Made by a program: the position numbers and the translations under genes
The notes under the pieces: generated by a model
The model's input: only the letters and a program-made list of their open reading frames with translations
The model's database searches: none
Told to the model about the DNA's origin: nothing
From: Promethearchaeota archaeon
GTDB taxonomy: Archaea; Asgardarchaeota; Lokiarchaeia; Sigyniarchaeales; SOKP01
Direction: 5' to 3'
Assembly (NCBI GenBank): GCA_048938895.1
Contig: JBHLLU010000001.1
Coordinates: 96,001-160,000 of the forward strand
Length of the DNA stretch: 64,000 bases
In this document: piece by piece, positions 29,141 to 38,747 of the stretch
Layout of the letters: each line of letters starts with the position of its first letter
Position numbering within the stretch: position 1 is the first letter of the stretch

Positions 29141-31672
29141 ATGAATAAATCTACAAAAAGTTTAGCTTTTTTCTTGCTATTATCGTCGATAATCCTGCCT
29201 GTTTTACCAGCAATTACAGTTGCTCAAGGCACTACTCATGTCTTTAAATTTGGTGCTTCGGCTTTACCTGATGAATGGGATCCCGCTGTTACCGATTGGT
29301 ACAATGTAATATGGGGATACTACGGAGTATATGCTCTTGAATATCCTATGTATTATCCTTCCACCTATTCCCAAGGAACAACAGGACCTATAGAAGATGA
29401 GTGGGTAGGGGCGCTTTGTACTGATTGGGTGCTTGAGCGATGGCCCTCGGAAAATAATTCCAAAGGATTCTATAATACGGGTGGAATAAAAACAGCCACC
29501 TATACTCTTCGTGAAGGTGTAAAATTCCACGATGGGTCCGATTGGAACGCAACAGTATGGAAGTGGAATATTGATCGAGTTAACATGATTAATGGGAATT
29601 ATACCGGTTTATGCCAAAATACAGTGGATAATGATGCTGAAGGAAATAATATGCACACTGTTTTTGTAGAAGATTATAAACCTTATTTTACACCATCATG
29701 GAATATGTCTAGTTATGACTCACCAAATCTTGGAGTAACACCTCCTGCGACGGATCCGGGAGTTAACGACTATGCATATTTTAACTTAGGACCTAATGCC
29801 TCTTTAGTTGATTATGGTGATGCTGTTAATGCCCTAATCTTACCAAATAATACAATTCGCAATCCAACTCCTTATGGTGGTTGGGATTATGCTGCAGGAA
29901 ATGCCATTCACTATGCACCTTATGATAGGTATCCTATTGTTAATTATGTGGAAATCCTTGAAAATCCTCAATCAGGAGGAAAGATCAGAGTTCATTTTAA
30001 CCATTGGACTATCTCAGGGTTAACAGGGGCTGTAAATTTCCCTATGATTTCATACAAAGCTTATCATGATGATTACACTACGAGAGGAATCTACGGATAT
30101 GAAAATGGTGTAAATGATGATAGAAATGCAGGACCAGTCACTCACATGATTGGTACAGGACCTTACATATATGTAGAACATGATCAAACAGGTACCCCTC
30201 CTGGAGGGTATATGTTAAAGAATCAGAATTATTGGAATAGAACCGCTCTTGAAGCAGAGGGATGGTTTGAAGCTGATCGATATGAGCTGATTAATTTCCC
30301 TACAGGGCAATTAGGTAAAGATGCACAAAATACTGCTATGCTTACCCATGCTATAGATTTTGCGTATGATTCTATGTACATGCCTTTAGATTATGACGCC
30401 GTAACTGCAAATGATAATATCCGATATGAAACAACAGGCTCTACAGAGTATAAAACAAATATCGTACTAAATTCAATTAATGAAACGTGGTGGGCGTGGC
30501 CGTGGGCTGACACTTGGCGACGAGGATTTTATACTGGAGCAGGTGATAAGCCTGCAGGTGGGATGCCTCGAGCGCTACGAAAAGCCATGGGATATGCGTT
30601 TAATTATGACCTAATGATCCATACTTATCTTAACGATCGTGCGATTCGGGGTGCTGGCATGCTGGCTGTACCAGATATTTATTATAATGCCACTTTAGTT
30701 GGATCTGACTATTTAGCTTACTATAATAAAACAAAAGCTCGGGAAATTTTACTTACCACAGAAACAGATCCTCTATTGTTCAATGTATCAACTCCTGTAC
30801 CTCATGCAATAAATCCTCTCTATAGCGCAGGTTATCCTTTCGGGGATCATAATTACAAGACTCTTAACCCAGATCTCTATAATTTTAGTAAGATGTGTGC
30901 TGATAGGGGGTTAGATGCAAGTAGTACAGACGCTGACTGGCAATGGGTAGCTGATAATAATCCAATATATGTCGTTAACTTCTATTGGGACTCTGCTCAT
31001 GAAGATGTAAAAAATGTGTTTCTTTCATCCCTTCGTAATATTGGATGTACATTAAAAGATAAAACGGGAGTTACCAATAGAGTTACCACAATAATATGGG
31101 ATACAGTACGTATAGGTCATTTGACTACGTTTGATGGAACTTATAGTCTCTTTTCCTGTAATGCGTGGGTAATGGACGAACATTTACCACATGATTCTCC
31201 AGAGTTAAATCTCTTTTGGGCTCATGTTGATCCTGATAGAGGTCGATGGCGACAATATGGGGCAGGTGGAATTCAGAGCTGGCATTATTGGGGAAATTAC
31301 GGATTTAATTTTGATGCGGAAGCTGATCGTCTGAACGATAAAGTTGCTGTGTCTGATCCTATGGTAAGAAAGAGAATAATTAATGATTGGCAAATTGTTG
31401 AACAAACAGATGTTTACCCAAAAATATGGTGTTATGAAGCCAAAAGTGGTTGGGCTTTATGGAAAGATTGGGAGTATTTCACCCGACCTAATAGATTAGG
31501 ATTCCAAGATGGCTTCTATGGTGGTATGTCACCCTCTTTCTTGAGATTTGTGGGACTTCCAGAAGAGTATGCACTAATTCCTGGCTCTCCATTGTTTATT
31601 ATATTAACCGTTTCAGCAATTTCAACACTTGGAATTATTTACGCGATAATAAAAAGAAAAAAATTTCGATAA
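29141..31672 (+). CDS. Family-5 (DppA/OppA-like) ABC substrate-binding protein, enlarged, with signal peptide and Loki-CTERM-like C-terminal anchor
   Basis: YTLREGVKFHDGSDWNA, IGTGPY, KNQNYW, LRKAMGYAFNYD; N-terminal signal peptide; tail IPGSPLFIILTVSAISTLGIIYAIIKRKKFR. Confidence 0.88.
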   Translation: MNKSTKSLAFFLLLSSIILPVLPAITVAQGTTHVFKFGASALPDEWDPAVTDWYNVIWGYYGVYALEYPMYYPSTYSQGTTGPIEDEWVGALCTDWVLERWPSENNSKGFYNTGGIKTATYTLREGVKFHDGSDWNATVWKWNIDRVNMINGNYTGLCQNTVDNDAEGNNMHTVFVEDYKPYFTPSWNMSSYDSPNLGVTPPATDPGVNDYAYFNLGPNASLVDYGDAVNALILPNNTIRNPTPYGGWDYAAGNAIHYAPYDRYPIVNYVEILENPQSGGKIRVHFNHWTISGLTGAVNFPMISYKAYHDDYTTRGIYGYENGVNDDRNAGPVTHMIGTGPYIYVEHDQTGTPPGGYMLKNQNYWNRTALEAEGWFEADRYELINFPTGQLGKDAQNTAMLTHAIDFAYDSMYMPLDYDAVTANDNIRYETTGSTEYKTNIVLNSINETWWAWPWADTWRRGFYTGAGDKPAGGMPRALRKAMGYAFNYDLMIHTYLNDRAIRGAGMLAVPDIYYNATLVGSDYLAYYNKTKAREILLTTETDPLLFNVSTPVPHAINPLYSAGYPFGDHNYKTLNPDLYNFSKMCADRGLDASSTDADWQWVADNNPIYVVNFYWDSAHEDVKNVFLSSLRNIGCTLKDKTGVTNRVTTIIWDTVRIGHLTTFDGTYSLFSCNAWVMDEHLPHDSPELNLFWAHVDPDRGRWRQYGAGGIQSWHYWGNYGFNFDAEADRLNDKVAVSDPMVRKRIINDWQIVEQTDVYPKIWCYEAKSGWALWKDWEYFTRPNRLGFQDGFYGGMSPSFLRFVGLPEEYALIPGSPLFIILTVSAISTLGIIYAIIKRKKFR

Positions 31673-31781
31673 AATAAATCAAAAATTAAAATCTATTTTC
31701 TTTTTTTTTAATTTACTTTTTTTACTACAAAACTAAAAGTGTTTTATTACTAGTCTAATTTCATAAGAAAAAGATAAAAAA

Positions 31782-32288
31782 TTAAACACTCTTTCTGCTA
31801 ACCATATAACGTTTAGTATACATACCAGCAATAGCCCCGGAGATTGCTATCCCAAATAACACGATAATATCAATCCAGCCTCTTATATCACCAAATTTTA
31901 AGATCAATGGTTCTGCTGAAAGACCAAACATAATGGCATAAAATATAAAACCTTCAGCAATAATAAGAGGTACTAACCAGATAGAAGCTTTAATACCATA
32001 GTGCGGTATATCTTCTTTATAGGTTAATAGAAAACAAACTAAAAATAATAACAAAGCAGGAAGAAAGAAAGTATCTATATAAGTTGTCCAAGTCCAAAAA
32101 AGTATGGATCTATCCATATCATTATAAGAGATCCAGTGTTCGTAATAATAATCATACATCATCATATTCGCAATAATTCCATAATAGCATAAAAGAGCAA
32201 TAATGTACAAGGCAAGCAAACCCCCTTGACGCCCCCAGTCGATTTTTATATGACCTTTTGATGCAATCTCATTAGTTTCAGTTTCCAT
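31782..32288 (-). CDS. Hypothetical 4-TM membrane protein
   Basis: Four hydrophobic segments; no recognisable family. Confidence 0.8.
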   Translation of the reverse strand: METETNEIASKGHIKIDWGRQGGLLALYIIALLCYYGIIANMMMYDYYYEHWISYNDMDRSILFWTWTTYIDTFFLPALLLFLVCFLLTYKEDIPHYGIKASIWLVPLIIAEGFIFYAIMFGLSAEPLILKFGDIRGWIDIIVLFGIAISGAIAGMYTKRYMVSRKSV

Positions 32289-32389
32289 ATGTGATAACCT
32301 TTATAATCCCAAAATTAATACAACTTATCCTTAAAAATTCTTTTACAAATTTAAATTCTTTTTATTTTATAGTACTATTTTTTTTTAAT

Positions 32390-32403
32390 TTTACGTGAGT
32401 AAA
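32390..32403. promoter_or_regulatory. Palindromic operator candidate TTTAC-N4-GTAAA (TTTACgtgaGTAAA)
   Basis: Read directly, ~100 nt upstream of the 4-TM gene start. Confidence 0.55.
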
Positions 32404-32406
32404 GAT

Positions 32407-34218
32407 CTAGCTTGTTAAGAATTCTTTTAATTGGCTATCCCAAGTATTATTTTTTGACATTCCATCTTCCCATTCTTGCTTCGATACTTCTTTTAAATAT
32501 TCAATTCCTGAATTTTTGGGTAATCCTTCTATGATTTCAATATACCGAGGGACATGAAAATAAGCAAGGTTATGAAATAAAAAATCACTCAGTTCTTTAT
32601 GAGATATTGTGTGGTTTTTCACTTTCACAGCAATAATTTTAAATTCAATATTGACATCATTTCCATTCTGAACAGGAATAACAGAAGATTCAATAATATT
32701 TGGGTGTGAATTTGCTACACGCTCAATATCTTTCGTAAAGATTACTTCATTACCTTTTGATACAATCTCGCTTCGTTTCCCTTTATAATAAACATAACCA
32801 TCAGTATCGATATAGCCAAAATCACCAGTATGTACCCAATTATCTTTATCTATGTTTACATCAATTTTATTGGGTTGTCTATAATATTCAAAAGTGTTTC
32901 CAGATGATCTCCTTACTACAATTTCCCCAACATTATTTGATCCGGAAGGTAAGATCATCCCATTATGGTCAACAATTTTTAAATCTATAAAATCTAGAGG
33001 TGCTCCAATTGATCCTATTTTACCACCTTCAGAACCGAGTTTATTAATAGTTACTCCTACTCCTTCTGTGTGTGACCAGCACTCATGTAATTGAATTCCA
33101 AACCTTTCTTCAAAAGACTTCCATAAATCTGTTCCCGCGCCAAAACCATAAGCAAACTTAATTGAATGAACTCTGTCATTAACTTGAGGTTTTTGATATA
33201 ACAAATTTGTCAGATGACTGGTAAAATAACAAAAACATGTAGGTTCAAACTTACGGACATCTTGCCAGAAACTCGACGCATCAAAATTTTCAGTAATTAT
33301 CAATGATTTATCGTACACAATAGAGGGTAATACCACAAAAAAATGAGCTGTACTACTGGACAAAGGAATAGGACAAAATATTTTTTCAGCATTGCTAAGA
33401 CCGATTTCTCTTAATTCAAAACCTAATGCAACACCTACTAATACCGTATTTCTATATACGACACCTTTAGGATTTCCAGTTACACCGCTAGAATATTGAA
33501 TTTCAGTAGGATCATCATTAAATACATTAATTTCGGGATTTTGAAAATTTTGAGTATACAATGATTTGTATTCCTTAAAATAATCCCCAAAGTTAAATTC
33601 CATAGGAGCATTATGCAAAAAGACTTTCTTGATCTTTGGAAGATTTTTTTTGCATTCTAAATATTCAGTAAAGTATTTATAATCAAGTATTAAAATTTCT
33701 GTATCGCTATCTTTCAATATATGTTCCAAGTGACGTTCACTTATATAAGGATCAATAGGTACAAAAACGCAACCTGCTTTTATTATTCCAAACCAAGTGA
33801 AAAGGAATTCTGGGCACGATTCCATAAGTACTGATACTTTTGGTGCTTTTAAATCCAATTTCGATATTAAATCAAGAATTCCGTGAGCAATCGTATTAGA
33901 ATGTTTGTTCATCTCGCTATAAGAATAAACTTCATCTTTAAAATACAAATAGGGTTTGTTTCTATTTGCTTTAGCTTTAGTTTCTAGCAATTTCGGAAGA
34001 GTAGCATTCTCTAATCCGAGATTCCTTATTACTTGTGAACGTTCGTCGTTCTTTATAATCTTTAATGCTCCATCATCAATTTCAATAATTACTTCTTCAT
34101 TATCCATGAAGGGAAAATTATCATTTCTGTAAATTTTACTTGGTATATAGATCCAGGCGCTTTTATAGCCACCATTACCTGACTTTTTGATAGTAATTCT
34201 TCCTTTTGCCTCTTTCAT
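32407..34218 (-). CDS. AbrB/SpoVT-like DNA-binding domain fused to degenerate CaiC-like acyl-CoA ligase (AMP-binding)
   Basis: aa 1-58 GRITIKKSGNGGYKSAWIYIPSKI...FPFMDNEEVIIEIDDGALKII (swapped-hairpin pattern); then YSSGVTGNPKGV and HTGDFG with several adenylation motifs altered. Confidence 0.82.
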   Translation of the reverse strand: MKEAKGRITIKKSGNGGYKSAWIYIPSKIYRNDNFPFMDNEEVIIEIDDGALKIIKNDERSQVIRNLGLENATLPKLLETKAKANRNKPYLYFKDEVYSYSEMNKHSNTIAHGILDLISKLDLKAPKVSVLMESCPEFLFTWFGIIKAGCVFVPIDPYISERHLEHILKDSDTEILILDYKYFTEYLECKKNLPKIKKVFLHNAPMEFNFGDYFKEYKSLYTQNFQNPEINVFNDDPTEIQYSSGVTGNPKGVVYRNTVLVGVALGFELREIGLSNAEKIFCPIPLSSSTAHFFVVLPSIVYDKSLIITENFDASSFWQDVRKFEPTCFCYFTSHLTNLLYQKPQVNDRVHSIKFAYGFGAGTDLWKSFEERFGIQLHECWSHTEGVGVTINKLGSEGGKIGSIGAPLDFIDLKIVDHNGMILPSGSNNVGEIVVRRSSGNTFEYYRQPNKIDVNIDKDNWVHTGDFGYIDTDGYVYYKGKRSEIVSKGNEVIFTKDIERVANSHPNIIESSVIPVQNGNDVNIEFKIIAVKVKNHTISHKELSDFLFHNLAYFHVPRYIEIIEGLPKNSGIEYLKEVSKQEWEDGMSKNNTWDSQLKEFLTS

Positions 34219-34242
34219 AAAAATTAATCCCCTTAAATTCAG

Positions 34243-34278
34243 TTACGTTAGCATTACTACCGTAATTTAATAAAGTAA
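34243..34278. promoter_or_regulatory. Operator array: ATTAC-N4-GTAAT (34253-34266) flanked by two degenerate copies
   Basis: ATTACtaccGTAAT 35 nt upstream of the AbrB-ligase start; TTACgttaGCAT at 34243 and TTAAtaaaGTAA at 34267. Confidence 0.6.
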
Positions 34279-34525
34279 GATACAATTATTTAAAACGTTT
34301 TCCTCTTTTCTTAATCATTTGTTATTATATTTCGAAAAATTTATCAAAAGATAATACGTGTTATAAGAACGAACTTGCTACAAATAACATATGAGTGATA
34401 ATTTATGCGATAAAAGAATAAAACAATTAGTTTTTGAATATACGTATTGAGATCTTAACTACTTTTACAATTAAAACAAAAATACCAAAAATATTTTTAA
34501 TTTAACTTTTTCCTTCTAATATAAT

Positions 34526-36778
34526 ATGTCTAAAAATGAACAAGTTAAATTAGTAAGAACTGCCTGTCCAGCCCATTGTGGAATTGATGCCTGTGGCATA
34601 TTAGCCCATATAAAAGGGGATCGAATTGTGAAGCTGGAACCTGCTGAATTTCCTGATGAAAGAGATAAAAGGATATGTCTTCGTGGTCTTACTAGCTTGA
34701 ATATTACCTACCATCCTGATCGGATTAAGTATCCTATGAAACGGGTAGGTAAACGCGGTGAAGGGAAATTTGAACGGATTTCTTGGGATGAAGCTTATGA
34801 GATTATTGTAAAAAATTTTAGAGAAATATCTGAAAAATATGGATGGAAATCAATTGGATGGGTTTTAGGCGGACCTGGTGCGGGGACCACTAAATTTGGT
34901 GCGTATTTAAGGATAGCAAGTCTCACACAAAGCACTAGGGTAAGTGCCTGGGGTTATGGTGATGCAGGTTTACCATGTGGAAGTAGAGTGATTCTAGGTC
35001 ACCAATTTCCTTATATGCATTTGCATGGAGAATTCTGGCAAAGAAAATATCCTGAATTATTAATGATATGGGCTACAAATCCAGCAGAAACCATGCCTTT
35101 GCAAAATATGCGAAAAGTGATGGATGCAAAAGAAATGGGTACGCAAGTTATTGTTGTTGATCCACGTTTTACTGTAACAGCATCTAAAGCAGATGAATAC
35201 ATTGGATTATATCCTGGTACTGATAGTGCTTTAGCTTTAGGTATTATGAATATTGTATTTAAGAATGATTTGCATGATAAAGAATTTATCTTAGAGCATA
35301 CGAATGGTCCTTATTTAGTAAGAACTGATACAGGAAAAATGCTACGAGGGAAAGATGTTAATTTACAAAAATCTGATGCCTATATAATTTGGCACGGTCT
35401 ATCTAATTCCTATAAAGTAGTGTCTCGTTCAAATGTAAAAGAAGCAAATCTCACTGGTATTTATAATATAAATGGGATTGAATGCAAACCAGCACTTCAA
35501 TTATTAATAGAATTAACATCTATTTATACTCCTGAAAGAACGGAGGGAATTACAGGCGTAGATAAAGATCTTATTATTAAACTTGCAAAAAGGATTGCTA
35601 ATTCAAAAAAAGTTGTCTTCCTCACTCACATGGGTTTTACTAGAACTTATCATGGGGATATTTCATTACGAGGAGTTATTTCTGTAGCAGCGATTACCGG
35701 AAATATTACTACTACCGTGAGTTCAGGATATATGCCCGCAACGTTGAATTGGAATCCATTCCTTAAGGCAATTCCTGATAAGCCAAGTTTTCATAGGATT
35801 GGAATACTCAATCTGTATAATGCTGTTATCTCAGGAAATCCTTACCCTATTAAGGTTCTGTGGTTTGCCTTTATTAATTTTTTAAATCAGTGTGCTAATT
35901 CTAACAAAATCATCGAAGAATTTTATCCCAACTTAGAATTTATTGTACAGACTGAATTATTTATGACCCCCTCGGCGCAATATGCTGATTTAATTCTTCC
36001 TGTCTGTAGCTTTCTAGAATTTTCAGATTTTATAGCTCAACCTTATCCAAATGTACAACTTCAACAAAAAGTTATTGAACCGTTATATGAGTCCAAGTCA
36101 GATGTTACCATTGTTTCTGAACTTGCAGAACGTCTTGGATTTGGGGAATACTTTAAAGGTGGAGAGGAAGGATTAATTGATCTCATTATGAAAACTCGTA
36201 CGTTCCAAGGAATTTCACGAGAAACTTTGAAGAAAAATGCACTAAAATTACCAGCTCTTCCAGAGGGAGCGAGATTTCCTCTTAGCTTTGGCACTCCTTC
36301 AAAAAAAGTAGAATTATATGCTGAGCAGTTGTATGAAGATGGAGAAGCTCTCCCTGTATATTTACCACCAATTGAAGCACCAATAACTCCAGGGGAAAAA
36401 AAGTACTCTTTAACACTTATTAATGGTCATAGTCGTTTTCGTACTCATTCCATGTTTGCAAATGTAGATTCTCTATTAGAATTAAATCCAGAACCATTAG
36501 TAGATATTCACCCGATTGACGCAGAAAAAAGAAACATAAAGACCAATGATTTTGTAACGGTCTATAATGACAGAGCGCGAACAATGCTGAAAGCTAGAGT
36601 CTCTGAAGGAGTTAAACCAGGCGTGGTTGATATAACAGAAGGTTGGTGGATTGAACAATTTAGACAGGGAAGTCTGAATCATCTAACGCATGATATTATA
36701 AATCCAGTTCAAGATAAGGTCTATGAACCGAATATGCATATGAATGATGTTGCTGTGGAGGTGGAAAAAAATGAGTAA
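34526..36778 (+). CDS. Mo/W-bisPGD (DMSO reductase family) oxidoreductase catalytic subunit, no Tat signal
   Basis: CPAHCGIDAC...C FS0 motif, HPDRIKYPMKRVGKRGEGKFERISWDEA, VVDPRFT, ADLILP, HSRFRTHS. Confidence 0.92.
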   Translation: MSKNEQVKLVRTACPAHCGIDACGILAHIKGDRIVKLEPAEFPDERDKRICLRGLTSLNITYHPDRIKYPMKRVGKRGEGKFERISWDEAYEIIVKNFREISEKYGWKSIGWVLGGPGAGTTKFGAYLRIASLTQSTRVSAWGYGDAGLPCGSRVILGHQFPYMHLHGEFWQRKYPELLMIWATNPAETMPLQNMRKVMDAKEMGTQVIVVDPRFTVTASKADEYIGLYPGTDSALALGIMNIVFKNDLHDKEFILEHTNGPYLVRTDTGKMLRGKDVNLQKSDAYIIWHGLSNSYKVVSRSNVKEANLTGIYNINGIECKPALQLLIELTSIYTPERTEGITGVDKDLIIKLAKRIANSKKVVFLTHMGFTRTYHGDISLRGVISVAAITGNITTTVSSGYMPATLNWNPFLKAIPDKPSFHRIGILNLYNAVISGNPYPIKVLWFAFINFLNQCANSNKIIEEFYPNLEFIVQTELFMTPSAQYADLILPVCSFLEFSDFIAQPYPNVQLQQKVIEPLYESKSDVTIVSELAERLGFGEYFKGGEEGLIDLIMKTRTFQGISRETLKKNALKLPALPEGARFPLSFGTPSKKVELYAEQLYEDGEALPVYLPPIEAPITPGEKKYSLTLINGHSRFRTHSMFANVDSLLELNPEPLVDIHPIDAEKRNIKTNDFVTVYNDRARTMLKARVSEGVKPGVVDITEGWWIEQFRQGSLNHLTHDIINPVQDKVYEPNMHMNDVAVEVEKNE

Positions 36779-37355
36779 AAGCAAAAGAATGGGAATGATT
36801 ATTGACCAAGAAAGATGCATTGGATGTGAAGCATGTAGTGTAGCATGTAAAATTGAAAATAATACGAATGAGTATTGGATTACAGTTGAAACTCAAGGAA
36901 GTGCTGTAAAAGACACCCCAAGAGGAATTTTTCCAAACTTGACAATGATTTTTCTACCTAAATTATGTAATCATTGTGAGAATCCACCATGTGTCGATTC
37001 ATGTCCTGAAGAAGCTATAAAGCAAAGAGATGATGGGATTGTTTTATTACATCAAAACTTATGCACTGGTTGCCAATCATGTTTGACTGCTTGCCCGTTT
37101 AAAGTTATAGTGTTTGATTACGATAAAAATCTCGCAGGAAAATGTAATTTTTGCTTTCACAGGATTGATCAAGGTCTTGAACCTTTTTGTGTGATTTGTT
37201 GTGAAGACCAAGCAATATATTTTGGCGATTTTAGCGATCCTGACAGTATAATATCAAAAAAAGTTGCTAAGAATAAGGTTTTTCAACTTAAACCTGAGGA
37301 AAACACTAATCCTTCTGTCTACTATATTCCTCCTAGACCAAAGAGGAAATTATAA
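36771..37355 (+). CDS. Four-cluster 4Fe-4S electron-transfer subunit (DmsB/NrfC-like)
   Basis: CIGCEACSVAC, CNHCENPPCVDSCP, CTGCQSCLTACP, CNFC...CVICC; ATG 36771 overlaps upstream stop, GGAGGTG RBS. Confidence 0.93.
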   Translation: MSKSKRMGMIIDQERCIGCEACSVACKIENNTNEYWITVETQGSAVKDTPRGIFPNLTMIFLPKLCNHCENPPCVDSCPEEAIKQRDDGIVLLHQNLCTGCQSCLTACPFKVIVFDYDKNLAGKCNFCFHRIDQGLEPFCVICCEDQAIYFGDFSDPDSIISKKVAKNKVFQLKPEENTNPSVYYIPPRPKRKL

Positions 37356-37397
37356 TATTTTAACTAAGAAATTTAAAAAAAAAGATAAAAATTAATT

Positions 37398-38702
37398 CTA
37401 TATGTCAGTATTTTCAATGATCATAGCGGTTCCTTGTCCACCACCGCAACACATTGTAGCAAGACCATAACGAGCTTTTCTCTTTTTAAGAATTCTTGCT
37501 AGAGTACCAACTATCCTTGGCCCTGTTGCTGCGATTGGGTGTCCAATAGCAATACCGCCACCTTTAATATTTATGTCATCCATTCTATTATCTAATCCCA
37601 TTTCATGCATCCAATTTAAAGCTACAATTGCAAATGCTTCATTTATTTCCCAGTAGTCAATATCATCAGTTGTTAATCCAGCATGCTTCAATGCCATCCA
37701 GGATGCTGGAACTGGACCTCTCCCCATAACTGTGGGATCTACCGCTCCAAATCCAATAGAAACAATACGTGCTAATGGAGATAGATCATATTTATTCATA
37801 GCATCTTCTGACATCAACAATAAAGTTGCCACTCCTGCATTTGTTGGACATGAATTTCCCGCAGTTACTAAACCTTGATCTGTCCCAAAGATTTCAATAT
37901 ATTCTTCTTTAGTTAAAAGTGGATTATAGTATCCACCAGCCCAGCCAGGAGTGGTTAATCCTCTTAAATCTTTTGTACCCTCGTATGTAGCATTTTTTCT
38001 AACTGAAGTATCATGTTCGATTAATAAGGGGGTATCTTCATCACCTTCTGCGTGTGCCATCACAGGGACAATTTCTCCCTTGAAAAATCCTTCTTCTTGA
38101 GCTTTCGCCGCTAATTGATGACTGCGAACTGAGAATCTATCATTATCCTCTTTTGAAAATATGTTTGCATTCACTTCATGGAGTTTTTGTGCTGTCTGTA
38201 ACATTGAATATGAGCAACGGAAGTCAACAACGTCATCAACATAAAATTCATGTCCTTTAAACATAGCGGGGTTTGGATCACGTACCGTTGGAGGTCGTGA
38301 TCTTGACATAGTCGCATTATTCTTCCCTGAAGCAATTACAACATCAGAATACCCCAGAGCAATGTTATCATATGCTACTGAGGCAGCTGTCATTCCCGAG
38401 CCACAGGCTCGATCTAATGCGACTGAAGATACTTTTGCTGGAAATTTGGCTAAAAATATTGGATATCTTCCTCCAAAGGTCACATATTCATTATTGAAAT
38501 GAGTAGCCCCAATATAAAACTCATCAACATCTTCAGGCTTAACTTGATCTTTTAATCGATTATCAAACATTTCTGATAGTGTTAAGGCAGTCATTTCATC
38601 AGGACGTAAGTTTCCAAAAACATCTCTTGGTGGCTCTCTTGGTCGAGATCTCGAAAATGGTGTTCTAACGTAATCTGTAATATATACATCTCTTATTTTC
38701 AT
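37398..38702 (-). CDS. Acetyl-CoA C-acyltransferase (thiolase), catalytic residues intact
   Basis: DRACGSG, EINEAF, GHPIAATG, MCCGGGQG. Confidence 0.94.
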   Translation of the reverse strand: MKIRDVYITDYVRTPFSRSRPREPPRDVFGNLRPDEMTALTLSEMFDNRLKDQVKPEDVDEFYIGATHFNNEYVTFGGRYPIFLAKFPAKVSSVALDRACGSGMTAASVAYDNIALGYSDVVIASGKNNATMSRSRPPTVRDPNPAMFKGHEFYVDDVVDFRCSYSMLQTAQKLHEVNANIFSKEDNDRFSVRSHQLAAKAQEEGFFKGEIVPVMAHAEGDEDTPLLIEHDTSVRKNATYEGTKDLRGLTTPGWAGGYYNPLLTKEEYIEIFGTDQGLVTAGNSCPTNAGVATLLLMSEDAMNKYDLSPLARIVSIGFGAVDPTVMGRGPVPASWMALKHAGLTTDDIDYWEINEAFAIVALNWMHEMGLDNRMDDINIKGGGIAIGHPIAATGPRIVGTLARILKKRKARYGLATMCCGGGQGTAMIIENTDI

Positions 38703-38747
38703 AACTATTAAACCTCTTTCTATTATTCTAACCTCATGTTTTATTTT

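Noticed and set aside
36744-36770. Track start MMLLWRWKK of the 4Fe-4S subunit
   Set aside because: ATG 36771 has a GGAGGTG RBS and overlaps the upstream stop; better start.
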